Source of the DNA: Botryllus schlosseri
Lineage: Eukaryota
DNA: 60,000 bases
NCBI GenBank assembly: GCA_051294905.1
Contig: CM119371.1
Coordinates: 27,468,001-27,528,000 of the forward strand
Direction of reading: 5' to 3'
Each line of letters starts with the position of its first letter. Within the stretch, counting starts at the first letter, position 1. A program made the position numbers and the translations under genes. This document shows positions 37,209-49,750 of this stretch, in pieces. The notes under the pieces were generated by a model. It ran no database searches, was not told where the DNA came from, and saw only the letters and a program-made list of their open reading frames with translations.

Positions 37209-38646
37209 GGGGAGATGTGGTACCGATGGATCACTGGGACCGAAAATACTTGTAAAATTATCCATGATAATTCCATGCTTACAGTCCGTGAACTTGTCTA
37301 CAGTTGCATGATCTCAAATTCTTTCCACGCATACTACCTGTGGGAGTTATGGGGTCTCTGACAGATGTTTTGTTTTTGGGGGGGTCAACACTAAATTGCG
37401 ATCGACGCATACATTTTTCCTTGAACCTTCTTCAACACGAACAAACCCGCAATCCTTTTTATTGTCAAGTGTAGGTCTCGCATCAGGCTTTATAATGGCA
37501 CATATTATTTTATTCAATACCTTCCTTGAGTTGAATTTTTTTCGATTCATGTAAAAAATTCATAGGCTGGGGACCGATGATACAATACCCCAATGAAGCA
37601 AAATAATCAAGCATACTAATCATGCAACAATTGAAACATGCCTACACACCAAAACCCTTTGTAATAATTTCGTGTTTCATGTTTTATCGCCATAACGAGG
37701 TATTTGGAAGTCACAATGCCGATTTACGGGCAATATGCATGTACCCTCAAATTTATAAGATCGAGCCTAAATCGAAACGCAATTTTATGGCAATAATTGA
37801 GTTAATATTAACTGTTTTTTGACGGTTGCGACCAAACATACTCCTTTGTCTTGCTGTAGCCTAGATTATATTACACCGCAAGAAAAGTTGCCACATCTCT
37901 CGGTTGTTTAGAGTATGTCTCGTAGGTCCCCGGGTCGTATGCCTTTGGACCCACCGGGTGGGGACCGATATTACGTTCGAGCAACAAATTTTGAACGTGC
38001 ATAAATATTGTTTAAAAGTGCCGATATCCATGCATATGCGCCATAGATAGAGCTTGTATGAAAGTGTTAAGCCAGAAAAGATCTGCTGTTATCGGCTGAA
38101 GATTTTATGGCCAGTGATCATATTCCAATTATTTATCCATAGTTACGACATCTTCCCTATTTCTCAAAATATGACAGTATTGAACACGTGTTTCTATATT
38201 TCTCACAGCGAGCGCGATGTCATACGAAAGTGGATATTATTGTTATTCGACTGATACCGATGTTATGAATGCGCCGTCACAAAAGAGTAATTTCATCGCC
38301 GAAAGTCACCACTTTGTCTACTTACACCTTACGCGGTTACGCTCCGAACTATTTTCACTCCTTTTTAAGGCAATAGAACTATTGCGTCACACTTTGGATC
38401 CTGTGAAATAGAAACTGTATTTGAGAGATACGTTTGGTTCGAATCCCTTTTATGGGTGTAATATCTAATTATTCCGTGAGTACAAATGCACTTATCTGCA
38501 GTATCGTCAGTGATTTGTGCTTGACGAGCGATAGGTAGAGCATGTATCAAAGTGTTGAGCCAGCCAAAGATCAGCTACTATAGGCTCAACATTTTGGGGC
38601 CAGAGATCATATTCCAATTTTTGATCTATCGGGACCACGTCTCCCC
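37209..38646 (+). mobile_element. TA-TSD TIR element (Tc1/mariner/pogo-like MITE), extended form with two right ends
   Basis: TIR GGGGAGATGTGGTACCGATGGATCA / GATCTATCGGGACCACGTCTCCCC, flanked by GTA..TAC. An internal degenerate right end lies at ~38135-38159. Confidence 0.88.
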
Positions 38647-38973
38647 TACTACTCCAGTACTTTACAACCTTTCATTTCCGACCCATATCAAGTAGTTCCG
38701 GCAAATGATGGCCGGTAAATCGTCCTCTCGCGGTAACTGAAGAAATAATAAATATGCTACTTCTTTGCATTGTCATTAATCATTTTTGGTCAATCGGACG
38801 GATTCTTCTTGTACCCCCTCTTGAAGTTCTGACATGTGTTAGAAACTGTTCCTACGTGTTATGAAGTAGAAATGTGTATCGTTGAATAGACGGCTATTGC
38901 AGTATCAATTCTGACTACTTTCCTCGTCTCTATGCTGATGGAACACATCGTGCAACTCGTAAACAGTGCTTAC

Positions 38974-39320
38974 CCGACTGTATATTTCTTGAGTCCCGTC
39001 TTTCGGACAGAACATGATGAGGCACGTCGTGAACAGTCGATGGGATCGAATCCAGGCTGTCCTTATCGGCCTTTTGATCAGTTCGACCCGTATTGATATT
39101 TCGATTGGCTGCCTCATGATTCCCGGCTTCTAAGGTTAGTGTTGCCAGTTCTGTTGAATTGGCAAGGTCATTACACATGCATCGGTACCATTCTTTCATG
39201 TTACCGACAGAATTCGGCAAAGTATTGCGCGACATTCAGTGCCGATAGTGCAGCTTCAATCAGGAAAGTATCCCCTCAACCATTTTGTCTAACAAAACGA
39301 GGCCTTCCTACCCAACATTT
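38974..39320 (-). pseudogene. Exon 'B' paralog with premature stops
   Basis: LKLHYRH*MS..NDLANSTELATLT..NRNIN..HDVPHH..; phase-1 |gtaagc donor. The TGG of the 29.5-kb copy is TGA here. Confidence 0.55.
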
Positions 39321-39584
39321 CTAGCAGTTATAATTGTGCCACGTCGAACCGCTCGCGCAATGGAGCATCATATTAAGCCAGTTTATTTATCCGTTACTGG
39401 ACCTAAAGTTATACCCGACTCGAAGAGTACCAATATTCCTCGTACTACGTACTCGTTCTATACTGGTAGGAATATAGTTTCAGACTAGATCCTACTTCTA
39501 CTTCTACTTGGTAGTTTTGTAGGCAAATCTGCTTTAGACTTTAGATGCTGTGATGTATAGACTAATTTGGGAGTGCGTTCATAT

Positions 39585-40016
39585 CAGGGTGGGCAACATA
39601 GCGCCAGAAGGATTTCCTGCGGCCCGCTTATACTTTCCTGTCTTACTTAATGTGGGCCGCGGGTCTACATAGCTCTGCGAGGAAACGTCTACGATCATGT
39701 GCATTAACAAGACAAAGCTGCGTTCCAATCTAACTTATGTTCACGTGCAGTAGTCTTTACTAAGGGTTTCTGTTGGACATGGAGCCATTGTTCAATAAAC
39801 TTGTTGACAATGTCGACCACGGATGTCTCAATAATTCAAAATCTATTGAAGTAAGCTACGTTAATAAATTAATTTAAGACAGTTTTTGGACTCTATCGAT
39901 TAAACTTAAAGTGGAATGCAAATACGATTCATTCTTTGTATACAGGTGGATAAATCCGCGATTAATATATCGATTCATAAAGTACTATCGCGAACTGCAG
40001 AAGTTGCCAGCCCCTA
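39585..40016. mobile_element. Decayed hAT MITE of the 3989-4978 family
   Basis: CAGGGTGGGCAAC / GTTGCCAGCCCCTA, TSD gttcatat/ttttatat. Confidence 0.75.
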
Positions 40017-41256
40017 TTTTATATCTACATGAGGGAAATCCTCACACCACCGGAGAAACATAACCCCTATGACAAGATGACGTAATTAAATCTCGAAATT
40101 TGCACCCGTCTGGAATCAATCAATTCGCGTTATCGGCGAAGATGCCCCCACGGAAGTCCCCACGGAAGTCCCCACGGTCAACTGCTAACGGCATGTTTGC
40201 CCTGGGTCATTTCTACTTTTCAAAATATTTTTGTGAGTACTTTCACTCCAAACTTCTACGATGACAACTAGGACCAGCTCTGAACAAGACTGGCAAGACT
40301 GGTTACAGTGACAGTCGTCGTCAAGGCACATACGCTTCCCGATTCAGGTAGGCCCAGGGTTTTTCGAAGTTTGGTTTGGATGACCGCTGAATAGTGTTAA
40401 GGGACCGCAAGTGTTTCATTTAAATACCAAAATAGCGATATTTGCTTAAAATAATTATTTATTAGGTTACTGGGAGTGCACAATCACAGAACAAATTTTA
40501 CAGGGTCTATCTCACGCAACAAAACAGATTCAAAATCCCGTCCCATCCGTGAGCTTCTGCTTCTTATGTTTCTACATGTTAAAACTGGCCAGTATGCGCC
40601 ATAAATCGGAAATAAACATTGACAAGTATCGAAGGTGCATTTTTTTCTGAATAACTCTTTGATTCAGCTGTTAGCTGTACCTCAACTTATTCTTTTTGCC
40701 GGACGTGAACTATTGATCGTCGGTTATATTCTTATTATTGACAAGACATAGCGAGGCGCAATGATTACTTTTGTACTGTAGTTCAACTCCAAATTTTCAA
40801 AAACCGGTGAAGAATTCTGGGGGATTGAAACCCTAAAACACACTGGCTAGTACTATTTCAAAATATACTCGCTCCACAACTTACTTGCAGCAGCATTTAT
40901 TGCAGTTTCGTCGCGAATCAATTCAAAACTGGAAGGCAAGTATGAGGGCATATCACGCGTAGCTGGCAGCGATCTCGTTCTTGGGGAGTAAGAGATGAAT
41001 TCATCTGTAAAATTAAAATGTATATTTCCGGAATTACTGGTGGGTAGAGGTGGGCATCACGATTAGAGTTGAGCCGAACCCTAATTGAGTGTCGGTTACT
41101 GATGGTTCGATTCGTCCATAGTGAGAGCCGATGTGTTCCAGTACGCTCTTTGTTATTTTATAACGAAAACCAATGTTGCTATGCTGTGTAGCCAGTGCAG
41201 TTGGTTTGAAATCTCAAGGTAGCATATAATTCGATAAATGCAGAACAAGGCTGTAC

Positions 41257-41728
41257 CAGGGTCGTAATGACTCGACTCGAGTCAATCTGTGTATGGACTT
41301 GATCTGAACTCTAGTCATTGCGGATGACTCGGAGCAACTCATATGGCTCGCGTCTCAGGCGGCCAAGACCGGCATTTCGCTGTAACCACCATGTTGCTAT
41401 TTCGCTTATCGGTACTGGTACTCGAAAAGACGACCAGACACTGTTGGAAGCGAGGAAAATTTGTATATTTTGAATGCGAAACATCGATTACACCCAACAC
41501 AGTTGGAAAATATGATTTCAACAAGACTTCAAGTCGAAACTGAGCAGTGACCACAATGACTTGGACTCGGACTCAAGTCATAACACCAAGACTCGGACTA
41601 GACATTTTGCTCGGTGACTTGGACTTGAATCGATGCTGAATTGAAAATGACTCGACTCGACTCCGGTCAAAACTATAAAATTGAGATTTACTTGTTACTC
41701 TGAGCGTTATGATTTGGTTACAACCATG
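41257..41728 (+). mobile_element. GACTCGAGTC-family hAT MITE (unit 1 copy)
   Basis: CAGGGTCGTAA / TTACAACCATG, at the same site in all three units. Confidence 0.88.
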
Positions 41729-43593
41729 GGCTAACTATCCACCACCACGGCAGCGACATCTCAGTCAAACAGTTACCGACCTACAGTATTATCTCAAATC
41801 GACTTGACATACTCTCTAATTTGACATCATTTGTATGCACACTGTCTGTAACTGGCATTATTGATCTCGATGCCGCGTTAAAAGTACGTCCCTGGACAGG
41901 ACACCTTACTCTTATGAAGTGATAACGAGTGGTACTATAGACTATAGTTGGTCAACTTCGGAATAGAATCAGTCGATACCACGATTTGGGACCCACAGCT
42001 ATGTATAGCTTATGGGAGCTTCCCCCCAACCCCTCTCACATAGATTATTTCCAATCTTATATCAGTGGGCCATATGCAACGGAATTACGTGATGTGTATA
42101 TGACACTAACTCGGCTTTGAAGCAGGCTTAAATGCAAAATCTGTTGAAGTAAGCTATACAGTAGGTTATTAAATTAATTTAACACGGTTTTTGGACTCTA
42201 TCCTTTAAACTTAAAGTGGAATGGAAATACGATTCATTCATTGTATAGGTGGATAAATCCGCGATTAATATATCGATTCATGAAGTACAATCGCGAACTG
42301 GAGAAGTTGCCAGCCCCTATTTTATATCCACATGTTGAGTGAAATCATCACACCACCGGGGAAACATAACCCCTATGACAAGATGACGTAATTAAATCTC
42401 CAAATTTGCATCCGTTTGGAATCAATCAATTCGCGGTATCGGCGAAGATACTCCCTATCGTTTCAAAGGAAGTCCCCCTCGGTTAGCTGCTAACGGTACG
42501 CTTGCCCCGGGTCATTGCTACTTTTGAAAATATTTTTGTAAGTACTTTCACTAAAAAATTCTATTAGAGAATCAACGATGACAACTCGGACCAGCTCTGA
42601 ACAAGAGTGGCAAGACTGGTTACAGTGACAGTCGTCGTCAAGGCACATACGATATCCGATTCAGGTAGGCCGAGGGTTTTTTAAGGTTTGGTTTGGATGA
42701 CCGCTAAATAGTGTTAAGGGACCGCAAGTGTTTCATTTAAATACCGAAATAGCGATATTTGCTCAAAAGAATTATTTATTAGGTTACTGGAAGTGCACAA
42801 TCACAGAACAAATTTTCCAGGGTCTATCTCACGCGACAAAACAGGTTCAAAATCCCGTCCCATCCGCCAGCTTCTGCTTTTTATATTTCTACACATTAAA
42901 ACTGGTCATTATGCGCCATAAATCGGAAATAAACATCGACAAGTATCGAAGGTGCATTTTATTCTGAATAACTCTTTGATTCAGCTTTTAGCTGTACCTC
43001 CACCTATTCTTTTTGCCGGACGTGAACTATTGCTCGTCGGCTATATTCTTATTGTCGACAAGACATAGCGAGGCGCAATGATTACTTTTGTACTGTAGTT
43101 CATGATTACTTTTGTACTGTAGTTCAACTCCAAATTTTTAAAAACCGCTGAAGAATTCTGGGGGATTGAAACCCTAAAACACACTGGCTAGGCCTATCTC
43201 AAAATATACTCGCTTCACAACTTACTTGCAGCAGAATCTATTGCAGTTTCGTCGCCAATCAATTCAAAATTGGAACGCAAGTATGGGGGCATATCACGCG
43301 TAGGTGGCAGCGATCTCGTTCTTGGGGAGTAAGAGATGAATTCATCTGTAAAATTAAAATGTATATTTCCGGAATTACTGGTGGGTAGAGGTGGGCATCA
43401 CGATTAGAGTTGAGCCGAACCCTAATGGAGAGTCGATTTCTGATGGTTTGATTCGTCCATAGTGAGACCCAGTAGGTACGCTCTTTGTATTTTATAATGA
43501 AAACCAATGTTGATAGGCTGTGTAGCCAGTGCAGTTAGTTTGAAATCTCAATAAGATAGCATATAACTCGATAAATGCAGAACAAGGCTGTAC

Positions 43594-44049
43594 CAGGGTC
43601 GTAATGACTCGACTCGAGTCAATCTGTGTATGGACTAGACTTGATGACTTTGAACAACTCATATAGCCCGCGTCTCAGACCGTCAAGACCGGCATTTCGC
43701 TGTAACCACCATGTTGGTATTTCGCCTATCGGTACTGGTACTCGAAAAGACGACCAGACACTGTTGGAAGCGAGGAAAATTTGTATATTTTAAATGCGAA
43801 CCATTCGATTACACCCAACACAGTTAGAAAATACGATTTCAACAAGACTTCATGTCGAAACTGAGCAGTGACCACAATGACTTGGACTCGAACTCAAGCC
43901 ATAACACCAAGACTCGGACTCGACATTTTGCTCGGTGACTTGGACTTGAATCGATGCTGAATTGAAAATGACTCGACTCGACTCCAGTCAAAACTATAAA
44001 ATTGAGATTTACTTGTTACTCTGAGCGTTATGACTTGGTTACAACCCTG
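43594..44049 (+). mobile_element. GACTCGAGTC-family hAT MITE (unit 2 copy)
   Basis: TIRs as in unit 1, TSD ggctgtac/ggctatat. Confidence 0.88.
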
Positions 44050-44248
44050 GGCTATATCCACCACCACGGCAGCTACATCTCGGTAAAACAGTTAACGACC
44101 TACATTATTATCTCAAATCGCAATGACATACTCTCTAATTTGATATCATTTGTATGCGCACTGTCTGTAACGGGCATTATTGATCTCGATGCCGCATTAA
44201 AAGTGCGTTCCTGGACACCCTACTCTTATGAAGTAATAACGAGTGGTA

Positions 44249-45209
44249 GGGGAGATGTGGTACCGATGGATCAAAAATCGGAAAATGATCGCTGACCCTA
44301 AAATGTTCAGCCGAAAACAGCAGATCTTTTGCTGGCTCAGCACTTTGATACAAGCTCTACCTATCGCGCACATATACATGAATATCCGTCTTCTCAAAAA
44401 ATATTAATGGACGTTCAAAATTTGTTGCTCGAACGTGTCATCGGTCCCCACCCGGTGGGTCCAATGACACACGACCCGGGGACCTATGACACATATACCC
44501 TAAAAAACTCAAACGGGACTGCTTTTCTTTCTCAGTATTATAATCTAAGCTACAGCAAGCCAAAGAAGAATGTTTGGTCGCAACTGTCAAAAAATAGAAT
44601 AAATATTAACTCAAATGTTGTCATAAAATCACGTTTCCATTTAGGCTCGGACTTATAAATTTGAGGGTGCATACATATTGCCTGAAAATTGAGAGTGTGA
44701 CTTCCAAATACCTCGTTATAGCGATAAAACATCATATGCAATTATTACATAAAGATTTTCTATACGTAGGTATGTTTCATTTATTTCGTGACTAGTATGC
44801 TTGATTAATTTGCTTGATTTGGCTATTGTATCATCGGTCCCCACGCTACGAATTTTACACATAAATCGAAAAAAGTCCACTCAAGGAAAGTACTGGAAAA
44901 AATAATAGGTGCCATTATATAGCCTGATACAAGCCCTACACTTCACAATAAAAATGATTGCTGGTTTGTTCGTGTTGAAGGTTACAAAGAAAAATGTATA
45001 TGTCGATCTAAATTTAGTTTACACCCCCTAAAACAAAAATCATCTGTGAGAGACCCCATTGCTCGCGCACGTCGAATTTTTTTGTATGTGAGGAAAGATT
45101 TTGCCAGCATGCAATTGTAGACAAGTTCACGGAGTGCAATCATGGAATTATCATAGAGAATTCTCAAAGTATTTTCGGTCCCAGTGATCCATCGGTACCA
45201 CATCTCCCC
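44249..45209 (-). mobile_element. TA-TSD TIR element, simple 961-bp form
   Basis: Perfect 25-bp TIR GGGGAGATGTGGTACCGATGGATCA. The empty site gagtggTActa in sister units shows TA duplication. Confidence 0.95.
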
Positions 45210-45299
45210 TACTAGACTATAGTTTACTGTTATTGAGTTATAGCGAGTGGTACTAGACTACAGTTGACTCTTATTGAGTTATAACGAGTGGTACTAGAC
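45210..45299. repeat. 41-bp tandem repeat (about 2.2 copies) regenerating the gagtggtactagac site
   Basis: tactagac recurs at 45210, 45251 and 45292. Confidence 0.85.
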
Positions 45300-47452
45300 C
45301 AGAGGTCTCAAACACGCGGCCCGCGGGCCGCATGCGGCCCGCCAGAGCATTATGTGCGGCCCGTGACGACATTTTGGAATTTCAAGTATTCAACAATATA
45401 TTCAAGTGCGATATATCTTTTGTAAGTAGGAGAACTTACATTTCACCCTAAAACTATTATGAAAATCACTGACATCTCACAAACTTTACTATATCACATC
45501 ACTTTTAAATGCTACCATGTGGTAGAAGATCAGCTATTACGTCACATAACTATAGTTCATGACGATAAAACATGACCGGTTGATGATTCGTGACTGAATT
45601 TTGATTTAGTTTGGAGCGACCTTCTTGTAAAATTACTCGATTTCGGATTGATTGGGTAATTGACTCTATAGTTGAGTCGGGTCAAACGTTAAAATCAGAG
45701 GACTTTCGACTCGGAACGGTGACTTGGTAATCCTACGGACGCAACAATCTATGAAACTGCCATGAGAATATTAATATATCAAAAGGTCGTAGCTTGCGTT
45801 GCGTAGGGTATATATAGCTATCTAATCAGGTCGGTATGGCAACCAACCATTGGTATTCTATGGCCCCCGTGACGTATAGTTGATTACATGCTGGGTGTTG
45901 TTTTTTCTCTTTATCGATTTTATTATCGGTGGCGAGTAGGGTAGGTCTAGTAGTACGCTCTACAGCTGTAAAAACCAATGAAGTATTCGCCGATTGGACA
46001 TTTCTATTCCAGGGGTTCTTAACCAGAGTTCGTAGACCCCATCAGGGTACGAAGCACCACATCAGGGTGTGCGAGATGAATTGTGGAATTAGGCCTATAT
46101 GCTGCGCAATATGTTCTTGGTAAATTAATTCAACTTGAAAATAGTATTCGCTCTACGCGCGATTTTATGTCAATGCGCTTTCTGATTTTAATATAGTTAC
46201 CATCAGAAATTGTGTTGAAAATGGACAGGGGCTACGATAAATTTCATTATAAGTACAAGGGGTACGATCGCTAATAAGTAGGGCAAGTTTTTGCAGATTT
46301 TGCAACTTTTTTTACAGCTTCTGGAAGCTTCGTAAATACTCATAATGTATGTAGTATGGTGTTTTAATCTGTTTGGAGGAGTTTAATGTTGCAACTTTTT
46401 GCAACTTTTGTCTATATTTTTCATGCAACTTTTTTCTGCAACTTTTATCAAGTATTGCGCAAAATATGCTATAAAACTATAATAAAGATTAAATTAATGG
46501 ATTTCAAGTGACAGTGCGGCCCACCATAGACGCCGGACGCAGGTATACTGGGTATGCCGTGTTTACCTAGCAATTATTTCGGGTATGCGGCATACCTACT
46601 ATTCCGTTAGTCATGAAACTCCCTGAACTAACTGGCATATTGTGTGAACCCTGTGTAAATAAAAATGTAACCATGATCGATTGAATAGCGAAGGAAGAAA
46701 CGGAACAAGCAGACACCATGCAAATTTTAAAATGCTGGAACCTTTCGAGTATCTCATACCCTCATGATTTCAAAAAATTTTATAAATGCAACGTCTGCAA
46801 CTTTTGTTAAAATTTAAAAAATAAATGCAACTTTCTCCGGTTTTTAGTGCAACAAAAACTTGCCCTACTAATAAAATTAAGAAACAATGCTCAATAATGA
46901 TTATATTTAAGTTGTTATTGATATGTTCCAATAATAATCGAAGGCAAAATCTAACGCTGATTTAATTTGAAGTTGGCAATGACAATACCAATAGCCTATA
47001 CTTATCACAACTTTATCAAAACCAGGATTAGGCTACACCGCTCAAATGTCTGATATCAGATCATTCTTCAGTAGATTTTAAAATATTCTACATAAAATTG
47101 TGGCACGTCAAAGGTTCACTAATTACAATTTATAACCCGACAGTTTTACGATGTCATGATGCGAACTCTCGTATGATGTCTATATAACTCATTAATTAAA
47201 AAATTATGCCCGGCACAGAAGCAATTTTATTCAAATATTTGAAACTGTGATTTTTTCCGTGTCAAGCATGAATAATGCAATCGTAAATTAAATTTCCACG
47301 ATTTGTTTGTGGAATGCCTGTCTGCAAGGTCCCGTCAAATAAGACCTACTTGGAAATTATACATTGAATATCCCTATTATTGATGCTGCAGCCCGCGGCG
47401 TCATCAAAAACCTGAAAATGGCCCGCGAGCACATTTGAGTTTGAGACCTCTG
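45300..47452 (-). mobile_element. Composite hAT non-autonomous element (copy 2)
   Basis: TIRs CAGAGGTCTCAAAC, perfect TSD tactagac, absent from units 1 and 3. Confidence 0.95.
46279..46867. mobile_element. Nested hAT MITE with TGCAACTTTT repeats
   Basis: TAGGGCAAGTTTTTG / CAAAAACTTGCCCTA, TSD ctaataag/ctaataaa, absent from the 17160-18707 copy. Confidence 0.9.
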
Positions 47453-48379
47453 TACTAGACTATAGTTGACTAACTTCGGAATAAAATCAGTCGATAACAC
47501 CATTTGGGGCCCTACAGGTATGTAATAGCTTATGGGGCCTTCCCCCACCCCCTCTCACATCTATTATTTCCAATTTAATATCAGTGGGCCATATGCAACG
47601 GAATTACGTGATGCGTTAAGGACACTAACACGGCTTTGAAGCAGGCTTAAATGCAAAATCTATTGAAGTAAGCTATACAGTACGTTAATAAATTAATTTA
47701 ACACCGTTTATGGACTCTATCCTTTAAAACTTAAAGTGGAATGTAAATACGATTCATTCTTTGTATAGGTCGATAAATCCGCGATTAATACATTGATTCA
47801 TGAAGTACTATCGAGAATTGGAGAAGTTGCCAGACCCTATTTTATATCCACAGGATGAGTGAAATCATCACACCACCGGGGAAACATAACCCCTATGACA
47901 AGATGACGGAATTAAATCTCCAAATTATTACCCGTCTGGAATCAATCAATTCGCGTTATCGGCGAAGATGCCCCCTATCGTTTCAAAGGAAGTCCCCACG
48001 GTCAACTGCTAACGGTATGTTTTTCCCGGGTCATTGCTACTTTACAAAATATTTTTGTTAGTACTTTCACTCAAAAATTCTACTAGAGAATCAACGATGA
48101 CAACTCGAACCAGCTCTGAACAAGACTGGCAAGACTTGTTAAAGTGACAGTCGTTGTCAAGGCACATATGCTACCCGATTCAGGTAGACCCAGGGTTTTT
48201 TAAGGTTTGGTTTGGATGACCGCTGAATAGTGTTAGTGTTTCATTTAAATACCAAAATAGCCATATTTGCTGAAACAAATTATTTATTAGGTTACTGGGA
48301 GTGCACAATCACAGAACAAATTTTCCAGGGTCTATATCTCACGCAACAAAACATATTCAAAATCCCGTCCCATCCGCCA

Positions 48380-49750
48380 GCTTCTGCTTCTTATGTTTCT
48401 ACACGTTAAAACTGGTCAGTATGCACCATAAATCGGAAATAAATATGGACAAGTATTGAAGGTGCATTTTTTTCTGAATAACTCTTTGATTCAGCTGTTA
48501 GCTGTACCTCCACTTTTTCTTTTTTCCGGATGTGAACTATTGATCGTTGGCGATATTCTTATTACCGATTAGACATAGCGAGACACAATAATTACTTTTG
48601 TACTGCATTTCAAGTCCACATTTTCGAAAACCGCGGAAGAATTCTGGGGGATTGAAACCTTAAAACACACTGGCTAGGCCTATCTCAAAATATACTCGCA
48701 TCACAACTTACTTGCAGCAGCATTTATTGCAGTTTCGTCACCAATCAATTCAAAACAAGGAGGTAAGTATGGGAGCATATCACGCGTAGGTGGCAGCGAT
48801 CTTGTTCTTGGGCGGTAATAGATGAATTCATCTGTACAATTAAAATGTATATTTCCGGAATCATTGGTGGGTAGAGGTGGGCATCACGATTAGAGTTGAG
48901 TCGAACCCTAATGGAGTGTCGATTTCTGATGTTTCTATTCGTCCATAGTGAGAGCCGATGTGTTCCAGTACGCTCTTTATTATTTTATAACGTAAACCAA
49001 TGTTGCTATGCTGTGTAGCCAGTGCAGTTGGTTTGAATCTCAATAAGGTAGCATATAATTCGATAAATGCAGAACAAGGCTGTACCAGGGTCGTAATGAC
49101 TCGACTCGAGTCAATCTGTGTATGGACTAGACTTGGACTCGAGTCATTGCCGATGACTCGGAACAACTCATATGATGGCTCGCGTCTCAGGCGGTCAAGA
49201 CCGACATTTCACTGTAACCGCCATGTTGGTATTTCGCCCATCGGTACTGGTACTCGAAAAGGCGACCAGACACTGTTGGATACGAGAAAAATTAGTATAT
49301 TTTAAATGAGAACCATTCGATTACACCCAACACAGTTAGAAAATATGATTTTAACAAGACTTCAAGAGTTGAAACTGAGCAGTGACCACAATGACTGGGA
49401 CTCGGACTTAAGTCATAATACCAAGACTCGGACTCGACCTTTTACTCGGTGACTTGGACTTGGATCGATGCTGAATTGAAAATGACTCGACTCGACTCCA
49501 GTGAAAACTATAAAAGTGAGTTTTACTTGTTACTCTGAGCGTTATGACTTGGTTACAACCCTGGGCTATATCCATCACCACAGCGACATCTCGGTCAGAC
49601 AGTTACCGACCTACAGTATTATCTCAAATCGCAATGACATACTCTATAATTTGACATCATTTGTATGCAGACCGTCTGTAACTGGCATTGTTGACCTCGA
49701 TGCCGCGTTAAAAGTACCTCCCTGTACAGGACACCTTACTCTTATGAAGT
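48380..49750 (-). pseudogene. RRM-like remnant inside the triplicated unit (also in units 1 and 2), interrupted by the GACTC MITE
   Basis: RS(I/T)MPVTD..TNDVKLESMSLRFEIIL.. continues past the MITE into PCSAFIEL; later NAPSILV..AEAGG. Many stops. Confidence 0.35.
49086..49563 (+). mobile_element. GACTCGAGTC-family hAT MITE (unit 3 copy)
   Basis: TIRs and TSD as in unit 2. Confidence 0.88.

Noticed and set aside
47855..48061. Plus-strand ORF MSEIITPPGKHNPYDKMTELN.. and exon-like signals in the triplicated unit
   Set aside because: Interrupted by TAA in the other two units, and the candidate intron is only ~30 nt.
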